Shown here one piece after another: positions 24,111 to 31,706 of a stretch of 44,261 bases of DNA; positions within the stretch are counted from its first letter, which is position 1; the number at the start of each line of letters is the position of its first letter. The position numbers and the translations under genes are program-made. Under the pieces are notes generated by a model that did no database searches, was not told the origin of the DNA, and was given only the letters and a program-made list of their open reading frames with translations. The DNA comes from a virus: IMG/VR virus record IMGVR_UViG_3300045988_061436, positions 1 through 44,261 of that record. The stretch is one strand, 5' to 3'.

Positions 24111-24283
24111 TTTACTTTACTTTCTTTAATTAAATTCTGCAACTTCTTTCCGTCCATAGGGCAAAATTCGTCAACAAGTACGGCACCGTCTTTCAGTCCA
24201 AAACCGCAATACTGAAAATCATCACGACTATTGCCCAGTATAGGGTTATAACCGTATTTACAATTTATACACCTACGCTTCAT
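24107..24283 (-). CDS. Unlisted 58-aa Cys-containing (zinc-ribbon-like) ORF, translationally coupled to the MTase start
   Basis: MKRRCINCKYGYNPILGNSRDDFQYCGFGLKDGAVLVDEFCPMDGKKLQNLIKESVK-type sequence. Its ATG overlaps the upstream gene end, and its stop overlaps MTase ATG 24110 (AAATGA). Confidence 0.5.
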   Translation of the reverse strand: MKRRCINCKYGYNPILGNSRDDFQYCGFGLKDGAVLVDEFCPMDGKKLQNLIKESKVK

Positions 24284-25229
24284 AACACCCTCCCAACTTA
24301 ATATAATCTGTTATTTGCGTTTCCTCCCTTACCATTGTATCGAAGCACTCAATTAACGCCCTACGTTGTGCGTACTTGTATGCGCCGGTTTTGACGGTTT
24401 CGTGCTGCTCTCCATGTATGCGAATATTTCCAGCTTGGAAAGGCTTTATAAAGCCGGTCGCAATCTGTTTACGTATTTCTAACATTGACAGGCGCAAATC
24501 TTCTTCTGTTATTTCTGCTTCAATTAAGCCACATTCTGATAACAACTTATAGCACATAAATTCCTGCGTGTCGCTTAATTCACACATTACGCCCTTATAC
24601 TTGTAATACAGAAAAGCGTATATAAGTTTTTGCTTGAACTTGTTTGTCGCTCTTTTGTTCTCTATTGCGTTAACCGCCGGGCGTGGTATGCTCTCAAACG
24701 CTTTATAAATTACCTCGCTTTGCCGTTGCTCGTATGCTCGTAATATCTTTGAAAAGTAATCAGCGTTGAACTGTTGGTAATGATTTTTATCCGCCTTGCC
24801 GTTCTTATCTCGTGGCAAATATTGGTCTAATTCTCCAACGGCGGCAAGTTCAAAAGCCATTTTAATATCGTTTAGCGTCACTTGTGGAAAGTACGTACAA
24901 AGCACATCTAAAAGACGTGTTTGCATGTATTGCCAATCTGCTGTATTACTTGGTATCGTATAGCCTACGTCCATAGCTATGTATCTAAACAGCGTGCGAG
25001 CGTTACGGACTAATTCCTCTTTGTCCTCGTATTCTTGTAATTGCCGCTTTGTGCTTGCTACAAAAACACTCTTTTCTACTTTGGTAAGTCCTGCAAAGAC
25101 TTCCGGCACATCAACCAACGCCCGGCGTATCTCTACCGCCTTAACACCCGGTTGTGGGTTGTATAACATTAAAGCGGCTTTGCGCATTAATGTGGCTTTG
25201 TTCGTTGTTTTTGTTAGTTCGTTACTCAT
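24273..25229 (-). CDS. Hypothetical replication-module protein
   Basis: 318-aa ORF directly downstream of the initiator-like gene. No motif recognised. Confidence 0.6.
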   Translation of the reverse strand: MSNELTKTTNKATLMRKAALMLYNPQPGVKAVEIRRALVDVPEVFAGLTKVEKSVFVASTKRQLQEYEDKEELVRNARTLFRYIAMDVGYTIPSNTADWQYMQTRLLDVLCTYFPQVTLNDIKMAFELAAVGELDQYLPRDKNGKADKNHYQQFNADYFSKILRAYEQRQSEVIYKAFESIPRPAVNAIENKRATNKFKQKLIYAFLYYKYKGVMCELSDTQEFMCYKLLSECGLIEAEITEEDLRLSMLEIRKQIATGFIKPFQAGNIRIHGEQHETVKTGAYKYAQRRALIECFDTMVREETQITDYIKLGGCYEA

Positions 25230-25231
25230 AA

Positions 25232-25945
25232 CTACATATTAAGATATTGCATTGCTTCGTCTATGTTTACTTTGCCGCCCGGCTGCGTTGTTTGGTTTTT
25301 CAAATGTAACTTGTTTTCCTCTCGGTCTTTTCGCATAAAGTTACGCATTGTTGAAATCCAACCATTTTCGTGTCGCTTCCTGTTACTGCTTTCGCTCCAG
25401 TCCATAACAGCGTGATAATAATACGCAACATCAATGTCTTTATAATCGTCTGAACTGAATTTTTTTAAGACGTAATTAATATCTGCTAATACCGGGTTTT
25501 CTGACATTAACGTCTTTTTCGTTTTGTCATAGACGCTTTTTTTTGGTTTTGCGTATATATTATTATCTTTATTTTCTTCTTCTTTATTATTATCTATATT
25601 ATTAGACCAAAAATTTTGGTCGCCCTCAAACAAATTTTTTGGCTCTTTCGCCAAAATTTTTGTACCCCCTCCAAAATTAACTGCATAGCTATTGAATGTA
25701 ACTTTTTGCCTTACCTCTGTACGCTTTACGATATAACCGCCCTCGCATAGCTTTATAAGGTTTTGCCGTACACTTTCTTTTGTCGCTCCAACAGTTTCTG
25801 CAAGATACTCTGTCGAGCCGTCAAAGAAACTTTCTTCGTCTTGACTGAACCCGTATATAGTTGCATAAAGCAACAACTGCGTACCTTTTAGTCCTAATCT
25901 GTTTCTCATCCACCCTGCTACGAGGATATAATTTTCATCTTTCAT
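25232..25945 (-). CDS. Winged-helix replication-initiator-like protein
   Basis: Start set at ATG 25945 (MKDENYILVAGWMRNRLGLKGTQLLLYATIYGFSQDEE...ESVRQNLIKLCEGGYIVK). The track's extension to 26080 runs through a hairpin/U-tract. Confidence 0.6.
   Translation of the reverse strand: MKDENYILVAGWMRNRLGLKGTQLLLYATIYGFSQDEESFFDGSTEYLAETVGATKESVRQNLIKLCEGGYIVKRTEVRQKVTFNSYAVNFGGGTKILAKEPKNLFEGDQNFWSNNIDNNKEEENKDNNIYAKPKKSVYDKTKKTLMSENPVLADINYVLKKFSSDDYKDIDVAYYYHAVMDWSESSNRKRHENGWISTMRNFMRKDREENKLHLKNQTTQPGGKVNIDEAMQYLNM
25551..25604. other. Extremely AT-rich segment inside the initiator-like gene
   Basis: gcgtatatattattatctttattttcttcttctttattattatctatattatta contains very few G or C. Confidence 0.8.
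25605..25678. repeat. Four A/T-tract palindrome repeats (CCAAAA-n-TTTTGG type) spaced about 20 to 24 bp; candidate iterons/origin
   Basis: gaccaaaaattttggtc (25605..25621, a perfect 17-bp palindrome), caaattttttgg (25631), ccaaaatttttg (25651) and ccaaaatt (25671). Confidence 0.45.
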
Positions 25946-26057
25946 AAAATAAAAAGCCCCACCAATGGAAGCCACAACACATTCCAAAGACGGGGGTGCT
26001 AAATTATAGCTATTATATTTTTTAAGCGACTTTGTTGTGGTAAAGTGCTTGTTAATC

Positions 26058-26153
26058 TCAAAGAAAACCAACCGGGGCAAGAAAGAACATTATAGTTCGG
26101 AGGTGTCATAGGCAGCCCCGGTTGGAGACCCTGTAATCTTAATTATAATTTAT
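26058..26153 (-). ncRNA. Candidate ~95-nt small RNA or terminated leader (attenuator)
   Basis: A canonical promoter at 26161..26191 is followed by an 11-bp stem CCAACCGGGGC/GCCCCGGTTGG (26068..26125) and then UUUUCUUUG on the minus strand. Confidence 0.35.
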
Positions 26154-26160
26154 CTCGATG

Positions 26161-26191
26161 CAAATGTAGCAAATTATTTTATACAAACAAA
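26161..26191 (-). promoter_or_regulatory. Promoter (TTTG-N19-TACATTTG)
   Basis: caaatgta at 26161..26168 and caaa at 26188..26191 on the plus strand. It lies directly after the stop of gene 26200..26934. Confidence 0.65.
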
Positions 26192-26199
26192 ATATTTTC

Positions 26200-26934
26200 T
26201 TATTTTTTTTGTTCAATACCCACAACGGGCGGGTTAATTGGTACAAATGCTTGCTTAACTATTGCAACATTTTCCTCGCTCTCATTAGGAACTAACGACA
26301 CAACGGGAAAGCGGCTATTATCTCCCGGCTTCTGTGTTGTGGCAAACTTGACGTTTAAGTCAAAGATTATACCACGCACAAAACCCCTATTTTCAAGCAT
26401 AGCGTCAAAGGCGTTGCGTACTTGCGGAATAGAACTCGCTGCCCCTTTCGTGGTAAACGCCCACACGCCTGCTACACCACGCACAGCCGGCACAACAAAC
26501 GTCAAAGTTAGCGTAACACTCCAACCGTCATATCCTGCTCTTACCGCTCTATTAGGGTGCTTTTGCGCTATTCCTTGCATAAGGTTTGGATATTGCTCTA
26601 TTGTGTAGCTTTGGTATGTTTTGCCGTTCCATACGTTGAACGTTTGCCCATCACCATACGCAACCAAACCGCCTGCGTCGTCCCTATACTCATAGCGTTC
26701 TGCACAAACCTTTGACGGGTCGTCATCGGGAAAAACTATCTGTATAGTTGACGGTTTGTCACCGAATGCTTTTGTAAACATACCGGCGTACTTGCCGCCC
26801 GGTATGAAATAATCTGTACTTGTTGGGTACTCTTTACCGTTCTTTCCTACTACCTTTTTACCGACCTTGATTGTGCCTATACGTGGCAAAGCAAGCCTTT
26901 TGTCGGGTGTTGGTCTTTTTATTCTTCCGTCCAT
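26200..26934 (-). CDS. Conserved-looking phage protein next to the nuclease (possible recombination partner)
   Basis: 244-aa ORF. ATG 26934 lies 3 nt after the nuclease stop. No motif I can name with confidence. Confidence 0.55.
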   Translation of the reverse strand: MDGRIKRPTPDKRLALPRIGTIKVGKKVVGKNGKEYPTSTDYFIPGGKYAGMFTKAFGDKPSTIQIVFPDDDPSKVCAERYEYRDDAGGLVAYGDGQTFNVWNGKTYQSYTIEQYPNLMQGIAQKHPNRAVRAGYDGWSVTLTLTFVVPAVRGVAGVWAFTTKGAASSIPQVRNAFDAMLENRGFVRGIIFDLNVKFATTQKPGDNSRFPVVSLVPNESEENVAIVKQAFVPINPPVVGIEQKK

Positions 26935-26937
26935 AGC

Positions 26938-28170
26938 TTACATATCTAATTCGTTGTTGAGTAATTTTGCCGTATTTTCGCTTTTAACGGCTTTCTTTTC
27001 TTTTTGTGGTATATTTACCACACTTTCAGCTTTAGGCGTTGACACGGCTTTTAATTTGCCTTTTTGCGTATTTTTACCGCCTTGTTCGTTGTTGCCCTCA
27101 ACTTTTGAAGACTCAACCGGTGTTAAATCTTGTTCTTTTACCCCGGCTTCCTCCGCTGGTGCCGTTTCCTCTTTCTTTGCCTTTGTCTTTACCAACTCCG
27201 AAAGGGTTAAACTTATAACATTAGGTGTTAAGTCTTTATCATCAAGATTTATAAAACCGTTGCAAGCCGTGAAATTATTATCACGCTTTGCGTCCTCGAT
27301 AGCTGCCAACTCTAACAGATAAGGAATTTTCTTTGCTTCTGTACTGTCTGTTTGGTCTTTAAGGTGGTATGTTGGGTATTTACGCCAATCTTTAGGCGCA
27401 AAGTTAAATACTTTGTCCACCGGGTGTTGCTCGTAATTTGCTTCCCACATCATTTTGTAAAGATGTAGCTGCACTTCGTGTTCAACCCAAAACCCCTTGC
27501 GACCGCTCTTAAAGTCAACTATTGCCGTTATACGTTTGTCACTTCCCGGCTTCTCTAACATTGTACACGGCAAATCAAGCATACCCGCATAATTGTAAGT
27601 AGGGTGTACAAGTGCAATCTCGACCGCCAAAGGCTTTACGTCATAATCTAACACGAATTGCGCAAACGAAAGTACATCTTTCTTTAACTCGTCAGAATAG
27701 TGTATAAACTCCTCCGGCAAGTGGTTAACGTCTATGTACGTTTTTAACTCGGTTTTCAAGCCGTCCAAATCATAAGTACGTTCTATAATCAGTTTTTCAA
27801 ACTGCGAGTGCATAAACGTTCCATAGCTTGCACGCTCCATTTTGTAGCGTTCAGCTTCCTCGAAGCCTTTGTCGGCTATCCACTTTGTAAGGAAAGGATT
27901 TGCCGGCATAGTTTGATTTAAAATTGTAGTTACACTTGGATAGAACTCCGGCTCGTTTTGCTCGTTAAAACGGTAATAGTATCGGTGTCCCTTGCTGTTA
28001 AGCTGATATACACGGTAAGGGGGTTCAATCAAAGCGTCTGTATCGAAAAATACGCTTTTCATTTCCTCAACCGTTACGCCCGGCAATAACTCAAAAGCAC
28101 CGCTTTCGTTATTCTCAACCTCTACACCCTCAAAAGGTGGTATTACAAAATCGCTCTCTTTTGTTTCCAT
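26938..28170 (-). CDS. PD-(D/E)XK (RecB/Cas4/YqaJ-type) nuclease with a disordered Lys/Glu-rich C-terminal tail
   Basis: 410 aa with GMLDLP...AIVDFKSGRK...EVQLHLYKMMW (D...D/ExK...QxxxY pattern). The last ~95 aa are low complexity. Confidence 0.6.
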   Translation of the reverse strand: METKESDFVIPPFEGVEVENNESGAFELLPGVTVEEMKSVFFDTDALIEPPYRVYQLNSKGHRYYYRFNEQNEPEFYPSVTTILNQTMPANPFLTKWIADKGFEEAERYKMERASYGTFMHSQFEKLIIERTYDLDGLKTELKTYIDVNHLPEEFIHYSDELKKDVLSFAQFVLDYDVKPLAVEIALVHPTYNYAGMLDLPCTMLEKPGSDKRITAIVDFKSGRKGFWVEHEVQLHLYKMMWEANYEQHPVDKVFNFAPKDWRKYPTYHLKDQTDSTEAKKIPYLLELAAIEDAKRDNNFTACNGFINLDDKDLTPNVISLTLSELVKTKAKKEETAPAEEAGVKEQDLTPVESSKVEGNNEQGGKNTQKGKLKAVSTPKAESVVNIPQKEKKAVKSENTAKLLNNELDM

Positions 28171-28182
28171 ATCTTTGTAAAA

Positions 28183-28386
28183 TTAATTGTTATTTTCTTC
28201 TTCCTCGTCCTTAATTTGTGAGTTTACAAGCGCAATTCCTGCGTAACAAGACAACGCAAAAGGCAAAAGCCAAAAGTTACCAAAGCAACAAAGCAAACAG
28301 AACGTACCCATGTAAAACAAAAAGGCTCTTATAACTCGTAACTGCTTCCTACTATCAAGTAGGGCGGCAAAAAATCTCTTAATCAT
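28183..28386 (-). CDS. Small two-helix membrane protein
   Basis: 67 aa with two hydrophobic stretches and an acidic C-terminus. Overlaps the HTH gene stop by 8 nt. Confidence 0.55.
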   Translation of the reverse strand: MIKRFFAALLDSRKQLRVIRAFLFYMGTFCLLCCFGNFWLLPFALSCYAGIALVNSQIKDEEEENNN

Positions 28387-28609
28387 TGCTTAAACCGAAT
28401 AAATAGTCAGCGGTACAATTTAGTTCACGACAAAGAATTTCTACCCACTCAATAGAAACCTTTTTTGATGTGCCGTTAACTAACTTTGTCATATTAACCT
28501 GCTGTGCGTTTACGCTACTATCAGACCACAACAAAGCGGCTAAATCTTTCTTAAATACTTTCTTTCCCATTCGCTCTGCTCGTGCGATTGCTTCGTTAAT
28601 TCTCAACAT
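28379..28609 (-). CDS. XRE-family helix-turn-helix regulator
   Basis: Start set at ATG 28609. KKDLAALLWSDSSVNAQQVNMTKLVNG...VEILCRELNCTADYLFGL fits the HTH_3 pattern. Confidence 0.6.
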   Translation of the reverse strand: MLRINEAIARAERMGKKVFKKDLAALLWSDSSVNAQQVNMTKLVNGTSKKVSIEWVEILCRELNCTADYLFGLSND

Positions 28610-28628
28610 AATTATTACTTTTATTTGA

Positions 28629-29048
28629 TTAATTATAAAATCTATTACCACAGCTTAAACACTGCTTTTCCTCCCATATAGTTTCCGTTTCCGGCTCGCT
28701 ATCTCTGTCTTGTTGGTGCGTTCTATATTCTCCGTCTATTACCTCGCATTCACCCCCACACTCTGGGCAATCTCCGTCACCAAAAAGAACGCACTTCATA
28801 AGGGTTTCAAACTCTCTGTAAGTAGGTTTGTTTATACCTATTGCAGGAAAAACCCCGCACACCTTTACAATAGGCGTTTTGTCTTGCTCTGCAAACGTAT
28901 CTAATAGCGAACAACCGCAATAACACTCCGGGCAATCTATTAAGCCGTTATCCTCGATATATTCTACTACTTTACGGCTTACCACGTCAGAGGGGCAATT
29001 TGCCACCTCTGCGAGTTTCTCCACGTTTTTGTCTATATATAACATCAT
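28629..29048 (-). CDS. Cys-rich (multi zinc-finger-like) protein
   Basis: 139 aa with DCPECYCGC, GDCPECGGEC and CLSCGN. Confidence 0.6.
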   Translation of the reverse strand: MMLYIDKNVEKLAEVANCPSDVVSRKVVEYIEDNGLIDCPECYCGCSLLDTFAEQDKTPIVKVCGVFPAIGINKPTYREFETLMKCVLFGDGDCPECGGECEVIDGEYRTHQQDRDSEPETETIWEEKQCLSCGNRFYN

Positions 29049-29052
29049 AGCC

Positions 29053-29283
29053 TTAACCCTTTACGTTTAACATCTGCATTGCCAAAGTCGCTGAAGCTGC
29101 TATGTCTTTACTCGTCCACTTAATGCGAAAGCAATTAAACAAATCTATGATACACGCCCTTAATGACATCTTATTCGCACACTCTATATAATTGCTATAT
29201 CTGCACGCTGCTTCTTCTGCAAATATGACTCTGTCCTGTGCCGTTGCTTTGCGCTGCCAAAAGTTGTTTTTATTTGTCTTCAT
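29053..29283 (-). CDS. Hypothetical protein
   Basis: 76-aa ORF. Confidence 0.55.
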   Translation of the reverse strand: MKTNKNNFWQRKATAQDRVIFAEEAACRYSNYIECANKMSLRACIIDLFNCFRIKWTSKDIAASATLAMQMLNVKG

Positions 29284-29299
29284 ACGTTTACTTTGTTAG

Positions 29300-29318
29300 G
29301 CGGGGCAAAACGCCCCGC
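29300..29318 (-). promoter_or_regulatory. Intergenic GC hairpin, same family
   Basis: gcggggc-aaaac-gccccgc, lying between stop 29326 and ATG 29283. Confidence 0.6.
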
Positions 29319-29325
29319 ACATTGT

Positions 29326-29700
29326 TTACTCGTTGTAAGTTCTGTTAAGTTGTTGTAACTCGTTGTAATCGTATTCGCCTTTGAAAGATAAACTTTCTAT
29401 GTCGTGCGTGTACTTTTCGCAAGTAGTGTAAACGATTGGCATTTCTTCGTTTTCGTCTGTTACATTAACACGGAGGAAAGAACCGTCAGAAACAACTTCA
29501 ACGCCTGCAATCTCTGTGTCGAAAACGTCAAGCCAAAAAGCATGATAATCGTAATCTTTTTCGTACTCGTCAATGTCATTATACTCTGATACTGCTTCAT
29601 TTGCGAAGATTGTAGCTTCTTCGATAGTGTCGAAACTCTGAACTACTGTTAATGTCTCGTAATGGTTGTTGCAAGCAACGCAAAATCTTTTTGTTCTCAT
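29326..29700 (-). CDS. Strongly acidic small protein, first gene behind early promoter P2
   Basis: Start set at ATG 29700, because the track start at 29763 lies inside the -7 box. 124 aa with 28 Asp/Glu against 8 Lys/Arg. Confidence 0.65.
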   Translation of the reverse strand: MRTKRFCVACNNHYETLTVVQSFDTIEEATIFANEAVSEYNDIDEYEKDYDYHAFWLDVFDTEIAGVEVVSDGSFLRVNVTDENEEMPIVYTTCEKYTHDIESLSFKGEYDYNELQQLNRTYNE

Positions 29701-29719
29701 TGTCTTATAATTTTTGTTT

Positions 29720-29756
29720 CTAAGTACCCGCTTAGTCGGTGTGTTAACCTTAACAC
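29720..29756 (-). promoter_or_regulatory. Conserved structured 5' leader, copy 2
   Basis: Minus strand has GTGTTAA-GG-TTAACAC followed by ACCGAC and CTAAG-CGGGTA-CTTAG. Confidence 0.6.
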
Positions 29757-29760
29757 AATG

Positions 29761-29791
29761 CAAAGGTATAATTTTTTATTTAATTACCAAA
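29761..29791 (-). promoter_or_regulatory. Early promoter P2 (TTTG-N19-TACCTTTG)
   Basis: caaaggta at 29761..29768 and caaa at 29788..29791 on the plus strand. Confidence 0.75.
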
Positions 29792-29898
29792 ACAAAAAGC
29801 ATATTTTTTTTAATTTTCTACGTATTTTTTTCAAAATACCCCTTTTTCTGCGTAATTTTGCAACACGCAATACCTTTTCGCTCTCGGTTTATTGCGTT

Positions 29899-29935
29899 AC
29901 GCCCGGCAATGTGCTAATATACACACGCCGGGCGT
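29899..29935 (-). promoter_or_regulatory. GC hairpin after gene 29940..30476
   Basis: ACGCCCGGC-N19-GCCGGGCGT (9 bp). Confidence 0.5.
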
Positions 29936-29939
29936 TTTA

Positions 29940-30476
29940 TTATAGGTCCCATTCTATTGTATAACGCTTCAAAACCTTGTTAAGTTTGTGCCGTTCTCTA
30001 TCCTTGCGTTTGCGCCTTTCTTTTCTACGCTTTAATATCTCATCAAAAAGAAAACGCCCGTAACTCCCATAAACGCCCGTTGTTAGCGATATTCTCGTAC
30101 ACTCTAAACCCTCTAATTCCCACGTACTGACATACTCCTTACATTGTTCTTTTAGCACAAGTTCGGTCGTTATATCAAAGTATTTGTCACCTCGCTTGTT
30201 AAATGCGTGGTCTATTGGCAAGCCGCCAACCTCAACGAACCCCTCCACGTACTTAACGCCTAATATGCGGGTCGCTTCGTGTGCATTTCTGTAACACTCG
30301 TGTTTTCTCGGTCTGATGTACTCTAATATAAAGTTTATTTCCGCTTCTGTTAACACCTCCCTAATAGGCGTTAACTTTACCACTTTTGAACGCCTTTTAT
30401 ATTCGTTCCACATTTGCCGGGTTTCACCCTCTGAAACCCGACATAAGTTCTTAATATAATTTATCGTATTACTCAT
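29940..30476 (-). CDS. Hypothetical protein
   Basis: Start set at ATG 30476 (MSNTINYIKN...), which overlaps the upstream stop (ATGAGTAA). 178 aa with a basic C-terminus. Confidence 0.6.
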   Translation of the reverse strand: MSNTINYIKNLCRVSEGETRQMWNEYKRRSKVVKLTPIREVLTEAEINFILEYIRPRKHECYRNAHEATRILGVKYVEGFVEVGGLPIDHAFNKRGDKYFDITTELVLKEQCKEYVSTWELEGLECTRISLTTGVYGSYGRFLFDEILKRRKERRKRKDRERHKLNKVLKRYTIEWDL

Positions 30477-31119
30477 TGTTTCCCCACAACTTAATCGCAA
30501 TGTCGTACTTTTTCTTTAAGTCGTTAACCTCCTTTTTCGCATAAGTTAACGTATAACTATGCTCTTTTGGATATTTACCGCTTTTCAGTCCTGCGTGGTA
30601 CTCTGTCGCTTGCTCCAATTTGTGTGCGAAATACTCGACACTCTCCGGCATAGAAAGGTTTATAACGTTTTCACGATTTGCCCAATACTCTGCACGCCTT
30701 TGGTAATCTTTTTCTTTCTCCATTGCGTCACACATTTTGCGCATATTGCGGTCTTTGTCCTCAAACATCTTGCGGTGCCGTCTTTCAGAGTGGTGTCCTA
30801 TCTTTATAGGCTCTCCCAATTTCAAAAAATCATCATTCTTTGTTGCAGCTGCAAAGTAATCGCTGCTTTTCTCGCTTTGCCTTTGCGCTGCTTCTGTAAG
30901 GCGTTCCGCCTTTGCCTTTGCTCGTTCCTGCATATTATAGCCGTCCGCCCTTACAATGGAATAGTAATAAAAGCCGTTGAGTTCTGCAACTTTGTTATAA
31001 ACCACACATTCGTTAACTTTGCCGTACTTGGTTTGCACCTCGATAATTTCGCCCTTTGTGTGCTGCTCTGTACATTGTGCGACATATACATTTGGGCAAT
31101 ATTTTTTATAAGTGTTCAT
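30469..31119 (-). CDS. DUF3560-like protein
   Basis: 216 aa. GEPIKIGHHSERRHRKMFE matches the HHSERRHR signature I associate with DUF3560. Confidence 0.55.
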   Translation of the reverse strand: MNTYKKYCPNVYVAQCTEQHTKGEIIEVQTKYGKVNECVVYNKVAELNGFYYYSIVRADGYNMQERAKAKAERLTEAAQRQSEKSSDYFAAATKNDDFLKLGEPIKIGHHSERRHRKMFEDKDRNMRKMCDAMEKEKDYQRRAEYWANRENVINLSMPESVEYFAHKLEQATEYHAGLKSGKYPKEHSYTLTYAKKEVNDLKKKYDIAIKLWGNNE

Positions 31120-31139
31120 AATTATAGTGTTTTAATGTT

Positions 31140-31164
31140 ACCGGGAAACCGCTCGGTCGGGTTC
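31140..31164 (-). promoter_or_regulatory. Fourth (promoter-less) copy of the leader ACCGAC/CGGTTT hairpin motif
   Basis: Minus strand reads GAACCCGACCGAGCGGTTTCCCGGT, lying between stop 31165 and ATG 31119. Confidence 0.5.
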
Positions 31165-31398
31165 TTATTTCATTGTGTATTTACTCAATCTTTCAATATC
31201 TCTTTTTAATCTCCTTGCTCGTTGTTCCTCAACTTCTGCAAACTCGTTGTTTCCTATGCTTCTGTTAAACTCTGCTACTTCAATAGCGTTTGTTAATGCT
31301 TTTTCTTTTACTGAAAGAATGTACTCTATTTCTGTAAGATTGCCGTTATTGATAACTTGTGTAATCATATCAGCCTGTAATGTTGTTGTTACTTCCAT
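31165..31398 (-). CDS. Hypothetical protein
   Basis: 77-aa ORF. Confidence 0.55.
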   Translation of the reverse strand: MEVTTTLQADMITQVINNGNLTEIEYILSVKEKALTNAIEVAEFNRSIGNNEFAEVEEQRARRLKRDIERLSKYTMK

Positions 31399-31407
31399 TG
31401 TCTTATA

Positions 31408-31683
31408 TTATTTGATTAAGAATAATCTCAAAGTTCCGTCTACTCCTACAAGTGTAGGCAATTCCTCTTTTTCGTTTCCCATTACAGACGCTTCAAGTTT
31501 CATTTTTGAAGTGTAGAAATACACACCGTACCTTTTGCCAATGTATTGTATATCATTAACCCAACCTTGCTCTTTATATTCTTCTGATATAAGGTTTTGG
31601 TCGTACCTAATCATTGAGAAATCAACCTTACCGTCTAATTTCTGTGCAATCTCTGCGATAATACTTGCGTTTGTTCTTTTCAT
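31408..31683 (-). CDS. Hypothetical protein
   Basis: 91-aa ORF. Confidence 0.55.
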   Translation of the reverse strand: MKRTNASIIAEIAQKLDGKVDFSMIRYDQNLISEEYKEQGWVNDIQYIGKRYGVYFYTSKMKLEASVMGNEKEELPTLVGVDGTLRLFLIK

Positions 31684-31706
31684 ACTGCATTATGTTTTAT
31701 TTGTTA

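Noticed and set aside
25946-26080. N-terminal 45 codons of track ORF 25232..26080
   Set aside because: This part would start inside the hairpin/U-tract downstream of a canonical promoter. The recognisable wHTH domain begins right after ATG 25945.
30559-31209. 216-aa plus-strand ORF, and all other plus-strand track ORFs (for example 7272..7796, 42668..43189, 26867..27322, 12300..12773, 5274..5645)
   Set aside because: Each lies entirely antisense to a well-supported minus-strand gene. They have Cys/Leu/Ser/Phe-rich, low-complexity composition, no promoter-like context and no tight packing. They are typical shadow ORFs.
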